Positions 10,157 through 19,608 of a stretch of DNA of 64,000 nucleotides are shown here, one piece after another. The stretch covers positions 239,565 to 303,564 of the IMG/VR virus record IMGVR_UViG_3300037042_006844; one strand, given 5' to 3'. Within the stretch, counting starts at the first letter, position 1. Every line of letters starts with the position of its first letter. Below the pieces are notes generated by a model that saw nothing but the letters and a program-made list of their open reading frames with translations, was not told where the DNA came from and ran no database searches. The translations under genes were made by a program, and so were the position numbers.

Positions 10157-10387
10157 ATGGAACCATTTGTTACAACAGTAAAATTAGACGACGAACTTTA
10201 CACACAGTTCAAAGAAATCAACGTAAGAGGCAAAATCTCTTTTCAGGATTTTGTCAACAAGTGCCTTCAGAAATATATTGACGACGTTGAATTTCGCAAC
10301 GAAATCAGCGAAGGTGTGTGTCACAAGCTGAGTCACAATCAGCCTTTCCAACTTTCAAATCCACATAAAGACAAAAATGAGCGATAA
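10157..10387 (+). CDS. Small DNA-binding protein (ribbon-helix-helix-like)
   Basis: TTVKLDDELYTQFK...SFQDFVNKCL pattern. Confidence 0.55.
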   Translation: MEPFVTTVKLDDELYTQFKEINVRGKISFQDFVNKCLQKYIDDVEFRNEISEGVCHKLSHNQPFQLSNPHKDKNER

Positions 10388-10886
10388 ACGTAAAATTCTA
10401 TTAGCGTCGGACGATCTGCGAATGCACAGTGGCATTTCTACCATGAGCCGAGAACTTATTTTCGGAACAATACATCATTTCGACTGGGTTCAAATGGGAG
10501 GTGCAATTAACCACCCAGATACGAACATCGCAGACATGAGCGATGTTGCCAATAAACTGACCGGGCGCAATGATTGTTATTTGAAAGTCTATCCAGTCAA
10601 AGACTATGGCAACGAGGACGTATTGTTTCAAATTTTGGCAATGGAGAAGCCTCATGCCATTATGCATTTCACAGATCCGCGTTGGTGGCTTTGGTTGTAT
10701 GCGATTGAGCACCAAATTCGCAGCAAAATTCCATTGACCTACCTTACAATTTGGGATGATTTGCCATACCCTATGTGGAATAAGCCTTACTATAAAAGTT
10801 GCGACGCATTGTTTGGGATAAGCCGACAAACGGACAATATTGTCGAACAAGTTTTAGGCTCGGAAAATTGTATACGGATGAAATAG
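10377..10886 (+). CDS. Glycosyltransferase (GT4-like), N-terminal fragment
   Basis: KILLASDDLRMHSGI, HFTDPR, WDDLPYP; stops before the C-terminal domain. Confidence 0.8.
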   Translation: MSDKRKILLASDDLRMHSGISTMSRELIFGTIHHFDWVQMGGAINHPDTNIADMSDVANKLTGRNDCYLKVYPVKDYGNEDVLFQILAMEKPHAIMHFTDPRWWLWLYAIEHQIRSKIPLTYLTIWDDLPYPMWNKPYYKSCDALFGISRQTDNIVEQVLGSENCIRMK

Positions 10887-10931
10887 TGAATAAATTTTAT
10901 TCATTTGAATAACACACCACTATTTATTAAT

Positions 10932-11603
10932 ATGAATACAAAATATTTCAAAACGTGCATAGTTTGTGGGTCACAAATTTTCTATAAGTCAAAAGAAAGT
11001 TATTGGGCGAATAAAAAGAAAAATGAAAATGCGCCATGTAGAAGTTGCAGTGGAAAAATACATTCTGCGAGATTGAAAGGTCGAACCAGATGTGCATTCT
11101 CTGATGAATGGAGAAAAAATATATCTATTGCACATAAAACATCAAGAATTTGGAAAGCGTCAATGAATACGCCGGAATATAAACAAAAACATAGAGAAAA
11201 AATGCTCCGCCTCATTGGCGAAAATAAAATAAAAGTGCCATTTAACAAAAAATCATGCGACTTTTTCAATCTACTCAATTCGAAACTAAATTTCGATGGC
11301 AGTCATGGGCTAAATCGTGGAGAAGCTCAAATAAGTGGCTATTTTCCAGATTTTTACGATCCAACAAAAAATATCATAATTGAGTGGGATGAACCCTATC
11401 ATGAAAAAACAAAAATAAAACAAAATGATTTGACTCGGCAAAATTATCTATTGAACAAATTAAAATGCCAATTCTATAGAATAAAAGAAATCGACAATAC
11501 AGTATATAAAATCGACGACGATCTATCCGAGGATTACACACAGTCAATACAAAATATATTACATGAATTTCAAAACCAAAAAACGGCGAGTTGTGAACTT
11601 TAA
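10932..11603 (+). CDS. Putative homing endonuclease (NUMOD-like + DUF559/Vsr-like nuclease)
   Basis: CxxC, FSDEWRKNIS, YFPDFYD..IIIEWDEPYH; AT-rich; ATG preceded by CTATTTAT motif. Confidence 0.8.
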   Translation: MNTKYFKTCIVCGSQIFYKSKESYWANKKKNENAPCRSCSGKIHSARLKGRTRCAFSDEWRKNISIAHKTSRIWKASMNTPEYKQKHREKMLRLIGENKIKVPFNKKSCDFFNLLNSKLNFDGSHGLNRGEAQISGYFPDFYDPTKNIIIEWDEPYHEKTKIKQNDLTRQNYLLNKLKCQFYRIKEIDNTVYKIDDDLSEDYTQSIQNILHEFQNQKTASCEL

Positions 11604-11742
11604 TAAAGATGACTTTGACAAAATCAAAAAGCACTGCGATGATAACGCTCTCGACATGTCCAAATGGATCGTAAAAATCGCATTCGAAAAAATCGAAATG
11701 ACGAGCACAATCTCAAATATCAACAACACAAAACACGCTTAA
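11563..11742 (+). CDS. 59-aa RHH-like protein (below ORF-track cutoff)
   Basis: MNFKTKKRRVVNFNKDDFDKIKKHCDDNALDMSKWIVKIAFEKI...; fills the gap between endonuclease and GT C-half. Confidence 0.6.
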   Translation: MNFKTKKRRVVNFNKDDFDKIKKHCDDNALDMSKWIVKIAFEKIEMTSTISNINNTKHA

Positions 11743-11746
11743 AATT

Positions 11747-12733
11747 ATGCCAGTAAACGGAAAACATTTGCTTCATTACGTGCCGCATGGCATCAACAGT
11801 AAAACATTTCAGCCGCTTGAAAAGAACGACGGGGTTCTAAAAAAGTTGCGAAAAGAATACTTTGGTGAGACTCAATATGAATTCGTAGTGGGATTCAATA
11901 GCCGCAATTCACATAGAAAGCATCCATCCAATTTGGTGCTTGGATTCAAAACATTCTGCGACCATTTGCCACCGGAAGATGCCAAGAAATGTGTATTGTT
12001 GATGCACACCGATAAAAGTAGTCAAGAGGGAACAGATTTGATTGCTGTTACTGAAGCGTTGTGTCCACAATACAAAGTGATTGTGGATGACAGTCGCAAA
12101 AGTCCAGAGGAAATGTGCAGATTATACAATCTGTTTGATATGACCGCCAACATTAGCAGCAACGAAGGCTTTGGATTGAGCATTGCCGAAAGTATTATGT
12201 GCGGCACTCCAGTCATTGCCTCCGTCACTGGAGGTTTACAAGACCAACTCGGCTTTGTAGATGACAACGGCAATCCTCCAGAATTCAATCTTGAGTTCGG
12301 CACCAACGTCACTGGGCGTTACAAAAAGCATGGTAGCTGGGCTAAACCGCTTTGGACCACCACTCAAACCATGCAAGGAAGTCCTCCCACGCCATATATC
12401 ATGGATGACTTCGTTGACTACAAACAGATTGCAGATGGTATCATGTATTGGTATTTGGCTGGAAACGAAGTTCGCGAGAAGTTTGGTCTGGAAGGTCGTG
12501 AATGGGCATTAAACAAAGGTGGCATAAATTCAGAGAATATGTGTAACGAGTTCATAAAAGCGATGGACTACACTATTGATAACTTTACACCACCCAAAAA
12601 GTTTGATATGTTTGTATACAGTGAGGATTTCAACATCAGACGGTTGCCTCAAGACAAGGTTGGATTCGACACTCATAAAATTAACATCGAACAGCTTGAA
12701 CAAGAACTAGAACTAAAACAAAAATCGACATGA
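11747..12733 (+). CDS. Glycosyltransferase (GT4-like), C-terminal fragment
   Basis: YVPHGI, NSRNSHRK, SSNEGFGLSIAESIMCGTPVI. Confidence 0.85.
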   Translation: MPVNGKHLLHYVPHGINSKTFQPLEKNDGVLKKLRKEYFGETQYEFVVGFNSRNSHRKHPSNLVLGFKTFCDHLPPEDAKKCVLLMHTDKSSQEGTDLIAVTEALCPQYKVIVDDSRKSPEEMCRLYNLFDMTANISSNEGFGLSIAESIMCGTPVIASVTGGLQDQLGFVDDNGNPPEFNLEFGTNVTGRYKKHGSWAKPLWTTTQTMQGSPPTPYIMDDFVDYKQIADGIMYWYLAGNEVREKFGLEGREWALNKGGINSENMCNEFIKAMDYTIDNFTPPKKFDMFVYSEDFNIRRLPQDKVGFDTHKINIEQLEQELELKQKST

Positions 12734-13293
12734 ACATTAAAAAATTATCCGAAAACGCAGTGATCCCATCCAAAGGCAGTGTTGGGGCAGCTGGTTATGA
12801 TCTGTATACAACCGAATCATATGAACTCAAACCAGGTGAGCGCAAAGCGTTCAAAACCGACATCAGTTTGGCTATACCACAAGGATTCTATGGAAGGGTC
12901 GCTCCACGAAGTGGATTGGCAGTCAAAAACGGCATCGATGTTCTTGCTGGTGTGATCGATCCAGACTATCGTGGAGAAATTCTGGTAGCGTTGATCAACC
13001 TTGGTGATAAACCAGTTCAACTTCCAGTCATTAAAGACGGTAAAGCAACAGCCATTGCCCAAATCATTTTTGAAAACTATTCAACTACCACATTCACAGA
13101 AGTTGATGAATTGACCGCTACACAACGCGGTGATGGTGGATTCGGTAGTAGCGATCAAAAAAAAAGAGAACCGGTCGATCTAGCTTCTAAACAAATGCGA
13201 AGCATGGAAGAAATGTATCAAACTCTTGGGTCTGCTCCTGCGACCCCCGTTAAAAAATATAGTGATCTTGTAAAAGAAAGAACCATTCAATAA
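12730..13293 (+). CDS. dut: Trimeric dUTPase
   Basis: AGYDL, RSG, GVIDPDYRGE, IAQ, RGDGGFGSS. Confidence 0.96.
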   Translation: MNIKKLSENAVIPSKGSVGAAGYDLYTTESYELKPGERKAFKTDISLAIPQGFYGRVAPRSGLAVKNGIDVLAGVIDPDYRGEILVALINLGDKPVQLPVIKDGKATAIAQIIFENYSTTTFTEVDELTATQRGDGGFGSSDQKKREPVDLASKQMRSMEEMYQTLGSAPATPVKKYSDLVKERTIQ

Positions 13294-13294
13294 C

Positions 13295-14635
13295 ATGAGT
13301 AACCAACCATTTTGTTTAATCTCTGGTCCCGTATTCAGCCGCAGTGGCTATGGTGACTGGTCTACAGCAGTTGCCAAAAGTATTGTCCGATACGGCAAGT
13401 TCGATGTCAAAATTGCTCCTCAAAGATGGGGCAACTGTCAAAGCAAACGCTTTTTGGATGATTTGACCGATCCAGAAGACAAACTATTGACCACAAAAAT
13501 CTTAACAACCCAACTGCAAAAACAACCAGATTTGTTTATTCAGTTGAGCATTCCCAGTGAGTTTCAACGAGTGGGCAAATTCAATATTGGCATGACTGCT
13601 GGTATCGAGACCACCATTGCAAGCGGAGATTTCATTGAGGGCGTTAATCGTGCTGATCTGACCATTGCTTTGAGCAAACACGCCAAAGACGTATTCATTA
13701 ATACAAAAATGACAAAACAGCTTCCCAATGGGCAAAAAGAAGAGGTGGCTGTGAAAAAGCCCATCGAAGTGTGTTTCTGGGGAGCAGATACCAACATCTA
13801 CAAAAAAACCGACGAGCGAGTTGCGACAGTCGATGAAGCATTCAGCAAAATTCCAGAAGAGTTTGCTTTTCTGTTCGTCGGACAACTTACTCATTCCGGT
13901 TTGTATCACGACCGAAAAGATATCTGCAATCTCATCAAAAGTTTTTGCGAAGCATTCAGTAATAATACCCCGGTGAAACCATGCTTGGTGCTCAAAACAT
14001 CTGGTGTTGGATTCAGCACAATGGACAGATTTGAAGTGATGAACGTTGTTAACAAAATCCGTTCGTCTGTGAAAGGAAACGTTCCCCAAGTATATGTGAT
14101 ACACGGTGAGTTGACCGATGTGGAAATGAATGCCATGTTCAACCATCCAAAAGTAAAAGCGCACGTATCGTTCACCCACGGTGAAGGCTATGGTCATCCA
14201 ATGCTGCTACAAACGCTCAGTGGCAAACCATTGTTGGCACCAAATTGGAGTGGTCATTTGGACTTTTTGAATCCGAAATATGCCAATTTGTTGCCAGGGT
14301 CTTTGGTTGATATTGATAAAAAAGCTGCGAACCAATGGCTATTGAAAGAAAGTAAATGGTTCAAAGTATCGTATAGCCTCGCCCAAGACAGAATGAAATA
14401 TCTGTTCAACAGCTATGGCGGTCAAAAACTACAAAACAACGCCGAGCTTTTGCGTGTTGAAAACGCAGAAAAGTTTAGTATGCAGGCTATGGATAAACGA
14501 CTGTGGGAAATTTTGGACAAACACGTTCCAAAATTTGCTGTGGAAGGGCAATTTGTGCTACCAAAGCTCAAAATTTCTGGTGATGCTCCAGCACAACAAA
14601 ACCAAATTGTGCTGCCAAAACTCAAAATCGGATAA
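13295..14635 (+). CDS. Glycosyltransferase (GT4-like)
   Basis: SRSGYG, DRKD, THGEGYGHP, WSGHLDF. Confidence 0.85.
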   Translation: MSNQPFCLISGPVFSRSGYGDWSTAVAKSIVRYGKFDVKIAPQRWGNCQSKRFLDDLTDPEDKLLTTKILTTQLQKQPDLFIQLSIPSEFQRVGKFNIGMTAGIETTIASGDFIEGVNRADLTIALSKHAKDVFINTKMTKQLPNGQKEEVAVKKPIEVCFWGADTNIYKKTDERVATVDEAFSKIPEEFAFLFVGQLTHSGLYHDRKDICNLIKSFCEAFSNNTPVKPCLVLKTSGVGFSTMDRFEVMNVVNKIRSSVKGNVPQVYVIHGELTDVEMNAMFNHPKVKAHVSFTHGEGYGHPMLLQTLSGKPLLAPNWSGHLDFLNPKYANLLPGSLVDIDKKAANQWLLKESKWFKVSYSLAQDRMKYLFNSYGGQKLQNNAELLRVENAEKFSMQAMDKRLWEILDKHVPKFAVEGQFVLPKLKISGDAPAQQNQIVLPKLKIG

Positions 14636-14638
14636 TCT

Positions 14639-15298
14639 ATGTTTTTGTCATATCTAGTTACGTGCCACAACGAAACTCGCAGTTTGAGTGATTTGTTATC
14701 AAAACTCTACTCATCACTCAAACCGAATCATGAAATTGTTATTGTCGATGACTATAGCGATTCTCCCGAGACGCTGAAAATTTTGGATGAATACCAAGGA
14801 CTGGAAAGAGTCAATATCCAAAAACACAGACTAGATAACAACTACAGTGCTCAAAAAAACTTTGGCATTGATCAATGTAAAGGAGACTGGATTTTTCAGT
14901 TGGACTCCGACGAACTTCCGACTGACATCCTTCTCAACAACATCGATCTGATTTTGGAAAATAATAGCCAATTTGAATTATTGTGGTTGCCACGGTGCAA
15001 TTATTTTTCTGGTGTGACGCAAAAAGATATTGACGATTGGGGTTGGCGGATGACTGAAGGCATGGTATCATTTCCAGATTATCAGTCCAGACTATTTCGC
15101 AACAAGCCTCACATCCGATTTCGTCGCCGTGTCCACGAAAGAGTGGAAGGCCACACCCTGTATGCCTCGTTTCCCCCACAAAAAGATGTGGCGATCATAC
15201 ATACCAAAACCATTGAAAAGCAACGTGAAAGCAATCAGAACTATATGAAAAATTTCACGTTGGATGAAAACCGTGGAATTCCAATAGACCAAATATGA
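14639..15298 (+). CDS. Glycosyltransferase family 2
   Basis: TCHNE, VDDYS, QKNFG, LDSDE, VHE. Confidence 0.9.
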   Translation: MFLSYLVTCHNETRSLSDLLSKLYSSLKPNHEIVIVDDYSDSPETLKILDEYQGLERVNIQKHRLDNNYSAQKNFGIDQCKGDWIFQLDSDELPTDILLNNIDLILENNSQFELLWLPRCNYFSGVTQKDIDDWGWRMTEGMVSFPDYQSRLFRNKPHIRFRRRVHERVEGHTLYASFPPQKDVAIIHTKTIEKQRESNQNYMKNFTLDENRGIPIDQI

Positions 15299-15942
15299 CA
15301 ACCCGAGAACTAAGAGCAAAATACGGGGATTTTACAAAAACCGACTATTACACATATCCCGCTCACTTTTTTAGTCCTTGGGATGATTTCACAATGCATA
15401 TTCCAAACTGGAAAGCATTTCTCGCCAGATTTGAAGACCAGTCGGACTGTAAATTTTTGGAGCTTGGAACTGCACAAGGAAGGTCTGCTGTATGGATGCT
15501 AGAAAATATTCTGACGCACCCAACAAGTATTTTGGATGCCGTCGATATCGATCACACAACGTGGTTATCGCAGTCCCGTCTAAAAGGAAAATTGGACGGA
15601 CAAGAGTTTTATTTGGATTGTCTGCAAAACCTAGAGCCATATACTACATCTGGAAAATGTCGGTTTAACCTGCAAACCACCCAAAACTTTTTTAGAAAAC
15701 TATGCGCCGATAACTTAAACGGAACTTATGATTTTGTGTATATCGATGCTTCTCATGAGCCAGATGATGTTTTACGCGATGCAATTTGCAGTTACGACGC
15801 ACTAAAACAAAACGGTTTGATGCTGTTCGACGATTATGGATGGAAAGATTGTCCCCGTGGTATTGATGCGTTTCTACACGCATTTAACTCAAAAACAAAA
15901 GTGCTACATAAAGCATATCAAGTATTAGTAGAAAAATTATGA
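15295..15942 (+). CDS. Class I SAM methyltransferase (Methyltransf_24-like)
   Basis: LELGTAQGRS, DFVYIDASH, LFDDY. Confidence 0.88.
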   Translation: MTTRELRAKYGDFTKTDYYTYPAHFFSPWDDFTMHIPNWKAFLARFEDQSDCKFLELGTAQGRSAVWMLENILTHPTSILDAVDIDHTTWLSQSRLKGKLDGQEFYLDCLQNLEPYTTSGKCRFNLQTTQNFFRKLCADNLNGTYDFVYIDASHEPDDVLRDAICSYDALKQNGLMLFDDYGWKDCPRGIDAFLHAFNSKTKVLHKAYQVLVEKL

Positions 15943-16589
15943 CACACGCATTTAACACATCTTATAACCAAAAACTACAATACAATTACCAACCCGCAAA
16001 TAGTTTTCATCCGAAAACCCATAATTATTATGGCTCCGTATCTCAGGTTTTACATTTGTTGGAAAATAAAAAAAATCTAACAATTGCCGAAATCGGTGTG
16101 TTTAGGGGAGAGAGTTCACTGGCACTGTTCAACTATTGTGATATCAAAAAAGCATATTTGATAGATCCGTTTGATAGAGATATCGCCGATTCATTCAACG
16201 ACTCCGATGGCACAAACGTGCATATATCGCAGACATTATTTTTAGAAACATCCTCTAAACTGGAGAAATTTCAAGACAGAATTGTGTTTATTAAAGAAAT
16301 TTCAGATACGGCTCATATGCACATTCAAGATGATGAGCTTGATTTTGTTTTTATAGATGGGTGTCACACACACGAGTGTGTATATAAAGACCTTATGAAC
16401 TACATTCCAAAAGTAAAAAAAGGAGGGATTGTTGCCGGTGACGATTTTTCAAATAAATTTAATGGATTTGGGATTCTAGAAGCCGTCAATGATGTGCTCC
16501 CAGAATTTGGATATACCGAAATAAACGTGTATAAACACCAATACAAACCGAAAGACTATTATTCAGCGTTTGCGTTTGAAAAAATATGA
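15939..16589 (+). CDS. Class I SAM methyltransferase (Methyltransf_24-like)
   Basis: AEIGVFRGES, DFVFIDGCH, GGIVAGDD. Confidence 0.88.
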   Translation: MTHAFNTSYNQKLQYNYQPANSFHPKTHNYYGSVSQVLHLLENKKNLTIAEIGVFRGESSLALFNYCDIKKAYLIDPFDRDIADSFNDSDGTNVHISQTLFLETSSKLEKFQDRIVFIKEISDTAHMHIQDDELDFVFIDGCHTHECVYKDLMNYIPKVKKGGIVAGDDFSNKFNGFGILEAVNDVLPEFGYTEINVYKHQYKPKDYYSAFAFEKI

Positions 16590-17317
16590 AAAACGTTATC
16601 GTATTTCAAGATTTTGTGGACACCATCACATACGGTCGAAACTACAAAATTGCCGAATTGTTCAAATATTTTCGTGCTCAAATTGATAACAGTTTGCGGA
16701 TGGGTTGGCAACCAAAAGATATCGTTGTAGTTACCAACCTCGATTTTTCATATAAAAATGCCACCATCATTCGCACAAAACAGCTATGCCGATACAACCG
16801 ATATTTTAACAAGCAATATGGAATTTTGGAGTTGCTGGAAGAAAATTTAATCGACGACGATTTTTGGTTTCACGATTTTGATGACTGGCAGATTCATCCA
16901 TTCGAATTCCCTCTGTTTGATGGATCAATTGGTATGTGCAAATACATCGACGATTCGCAATGGAACACCGGATCAATCTTTATCAAAAAATCGAGCAAAA
17001 ACATTTGGCGGTTGATCGTGGATTTCATGGATGCCAACCAAAACTTTTTGAAAAACACAGGCGACGAAAACGTTGTGAATTTTGTATATCAAACATACCA
17101 CGACGAGATTAAAAACTATTTTACTCATCTAAACAATCAGTTTAACGTTGGAGTGACTGGTTTCATATATCGACACGATACCGCCGAAAAACCAGTTTGC
17201 GTATTGGCATTCAAACCCGATGATGACACAGGTTACAACTTAATGGACCAAAACAATTTGTTGGATGCTGGTATCAAAACAATTTTTCAACAACACAATC
17301 TAACCAATGATCCTTAA
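16586..17317 (+). CDS. Putative GT-A fold sugar transferase
   Basis: FHDFD (DxD), WNTGSIF, GDE motifs. Confidence 0.6.
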   Translation: MKNVIVFQDFVDTITYGRNYKIAELFKYFRAQIDNSLRMGWQPKDIVVVTNLDFSYKNATIIRTKQLCRYNRYFNKQYGILELLEENLIDDDFWFHDFDDWQIHPFEFPLFDGSIGMCKYIDDSQWNTGSIFIKKSSKNIWRLIVDFMDANQNFLKNTGDENVVNFVYQTYHDEIKNYFTHLNNQFNVGVTGFIYRHDTAEKPVCVLAFKPDDDTGYNLMDQNNLLDAGIKTIFQQHNLTNDP

Positions 17318-18317
17318 ACATAAATACGCAATTGGAGTCCATGTCATGTTTTATGAAATTAATATGGTATCGACATACATTGATGGGTTGTTGAACATGT
17401 TGAGCACCGTCGAAAACAAAGAAACCGTGTATCTGGATTTTGCGTTTAACGTGTCACAATTTTTCGAAAAAATCGACACAGCACAAATTAGCAAAAAAGA
17501 ACTGATTGCTCGCTTCTATGCCGACATGTCCCGTTTATCAGGGCATCTACACCAAAACGTCAGAATTATTGACAACGATGATGATTGGTATACTCAAACC
17601 AGTTACCGTCGAGAATTCAATGCCAACTATTGCAACAAAGTTGATATACTGATGTGGGGTGAAACGGACAGTTGCTTTCCAAAAGAAGCGTTTATGGCAT
17701 TGGAATCACTAGTTCCGAGCGTGAACAATTTATCAGTATATAGGTTTACCGCATGTTTCGCGGATCGTAAAATGTGGGACAGCAGTTGGGACTGCACTGT
17801 GCATCCTAATTTTATCGATCATGTTTATGACGACAATGACGTTGACAACGTAAATCAAGCCAAATCTAGCATTCCAATTAAAATAATGAATGCCATCAAT
17901 GCAACCATCGATGACCTACAAATCACCGTATTGCGAGAACCAAAAATTGACGGCAGCTGTTTTGTTATCAGCAGCGATTTGGTGAGAAGTGGAGTGAACA
18001 TTCCAGGTTGTTTCATTCATAACGACGATGAAAGTTTTGCGTTCATTGCGAAAAAACTAATGGGCACCAAATATGTGCAATATGTATTCAAGAATTTGTT
18101 GAAAATTCATGCTCGCAGATGCCCTGATAAACGAGCATTTGTTCGTGGAGAAAATAACAATAGGGGTTTTTGCGGTAAAGAAAAAGGCGAATGGTGGACG
18201 TTGTTCAAAGAACTCTCCCAAAAAAATATGAACGTATTGACCAGTGGGGACGGGAAATTTCTGACATATCAAGATTTCAAATCCAAATTGAACGATGTGA
18301 ATGCTCCCCTACCCTAA
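17307..18317 (+). CDS. Putative glycosyltransferase-like protein; last residues supplied by IS end
   Basis: GETD, IDGS, NDDE motifs in glycan island; pre-insertion end reconstructs as ...NDVK*. Confidence 0.6.
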   Translation: MILKHKYAIGVHVMFYEINMVSTYIDGLLNMLSTVENKETVYLDFAFNVSQFFEKIDTAQISKKELIARFYADMSRLSGHLHQNVRIIDNDDDWYTQTSYRREFNANYCNKVDILMWGETDSCFPKEAFMALESLVPSVNNLSVYRFTACFADRKMWDSSWDCTVHPNFIDHVYDDNDVDNVNQAKSSIPIKIMNAINATIDDLQITVLREPKIDGSCFVISSDLVRSGVNIPGCFIHNDDESFAFIAKKLMGTKYVQYVFKNLLKIHARRCPDKRAFVRGENNNRGFCGKEKGEWWTLFKELSQKNMNVLTSGDGKFLTYQDFKSKLNDVNAPLP

Positions 18318-19560
18318 AGGGATAGGGGCTTCTATGCTTCTTTTGGAAGCAAAAGAGTCCATTCCGACTCTCAAAATGTTTCGTGCAGCATTTAAGTCCC
18401 GTCCAATGTCCAATCCACAAAGATTACATTTGTGTTGTCTATCAGAGAGTTTCTTTGTCTCAATGTTGCCACAACCAGAACACATCTGACTCGTATAGGC
18501 AGGATTTACGTCATTCACTTCACAGCCAGCTTCTACCGCTTTACTATGTAGCATTTGTCTAAACGTAGTCCATCCTGAGTCTAATATGCTCTTATTCAAA
18601 CTTCGCCAATTGTCATTCAACATCTGACTTGGTTTAATATCCTCTACACAAATATGTGTGTATTCGCTCACGAACTTCTTGCTCAACTTGTGTAGGAAAT
18701 CTTTTCGTTGGTTCTTAATCTTACAGTGAACCGACACCAATGCTCTCTTGGTCTTAATCTTCTGCTTATCATCCCTTGGTTTCTTTTTTAGTTTGGAATA
18801 CTTACCTTGGATTTTGGAAAGTTTCTCGGAAGATTGTCGTAAGAAATGAGGATGAGAAATGGTTGTCCCATCGGAACAAGTGGCAAAGTCAATACATCCA
18901 ACGTCAATTCCAACTGCTCGCTTCCACTTCTTCACTTCTGGTTTAATCTCAACCTCACAAGAGAAGATAGCATACCAGTGGTTGCCTTCACGTTTAATGG
19001 TCAAGGTCTTAATCTTGCCTTCCATTTTACGATGGAGGTTAATCCGAACATCACCAATCTTGGACATCCATAATTTCTTCTTTCCTATCTTAAATCCTGT
19101 TTGTGGAAAGGTGAATGAGTCGTATCGGTCATATGACTTAAATCTTGGAAATCCTGCTTTGCCTGTCTTATCCTTCAATCTTCGGAAGAAACCAAGATAG
19201 GCAAGGTCAACTCTAGCAGATACATTTTGGAGGATTTGTGAATGGACTGGCGTTTTCAGTTTCATCTTTTTAATCACTTTACAACAATCAAAATGAGTGA
19301 GTGTCTTCTTGGTTTTCTCATAGTGGTCGTTTCGCTTCTCAAGGAGTTGGTTATAGACGTAGCGACAAGTTTCTCTCGTCTGTTCAAGACGGGTCAACGT
19401 TCCTCCTTTGGGAGACAACCTAAACTTGTAGTTTCGTTTTACATTCACAGACATACATATCATTGACTTTAAGGAAAATGTTATTTTATTTTTATTTCCT
19501 TAATATGGTCGTCATTCATCCCCTTGGCTAAAGCCGAAGGGGCTTTCTGACTCCAAGGAT
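18297..19560 (-). mobile_element. IS200/IS605 (tnpB-only, IS1341-like) family-B element, target TTAC
   Basis: Left: TTAC|atccttggagtcagAAAG-ccccttcggctttagccaagggg. Right: GAAG-cccctatccctttagggtagggg-agcatTCAC. Empty site restores GAT GTA AAA TAA. Confidence 0.92.
18309..19454 (-). CDS. tnpB: RNA-guided endonuclease TnpB (start could be 19463/19454/19448)
   Basis: YKFRL..CRYVYN HTH, GIDVG, CVEDI, TSQMCSGCG..CNLCG, RDLNAARNI. Confidence 0.95.
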   Translation of the reverse strand: MSVNVKRNYKFRLSPKGGTLTRLEQTRETCRYVYNQLLEKRNDHYEKTKKTLTHFDCCKVIKKMKLKTPVHSQILQNVSARVDLAYLGFFRRLKDKTGKAGFPRFKSYDRYDSFTFPQTGFKIGKKKLWMSKIGDVRINLHRKMEGKIKTLTIKREGNHWYAIFSCEVEIKPEVKKWKRAVGIDVGCIDFATCSDGTTISHPHFLRQSSEKLSKIQGKYSKLKKKPRDDKQKIKTKRALVSVHCKIKNQRKDFLHKLSKKFVSEYTHICVEDIKPSQMLNDNWRSLNKSILDSGWTTFRQMLHSKAVEAGCEVNDVNPAYTSQMCSGCGNIETKKLSDRQHKCNLCGLDIGRDLNAARNILRVGMDSFASKRSIEAPIPLG

Positions 19561-19573
19561 GTAAAATAAACTC

Positions 19574-19602
19574 TTTACATATCAAAATACCTGTGATAAA
19601 CT
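19574..19602 (+). promoter_or_regulatory. Sigma70-type leaderless promoter
   Basis: TTTACA-N17-TAAACT, 6 nt before ATG 19609. Confidence 0.6.
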
Positions 19603-19608
19603 GATGTA

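Noticed and set aside
10887-11746. Group I intron in the glycosyltransferase
   Set aside because: The interval is almost fully occupied by two ORFs, leaving no room for a ribozyme core, and the C-half has its own ATG. Not excluded without RT-PCR.
14540-14635. Duplicated VLPKLKI motif at the GT C-terminus
   Set aside because: Real but short; no supportable function from sequence alone.
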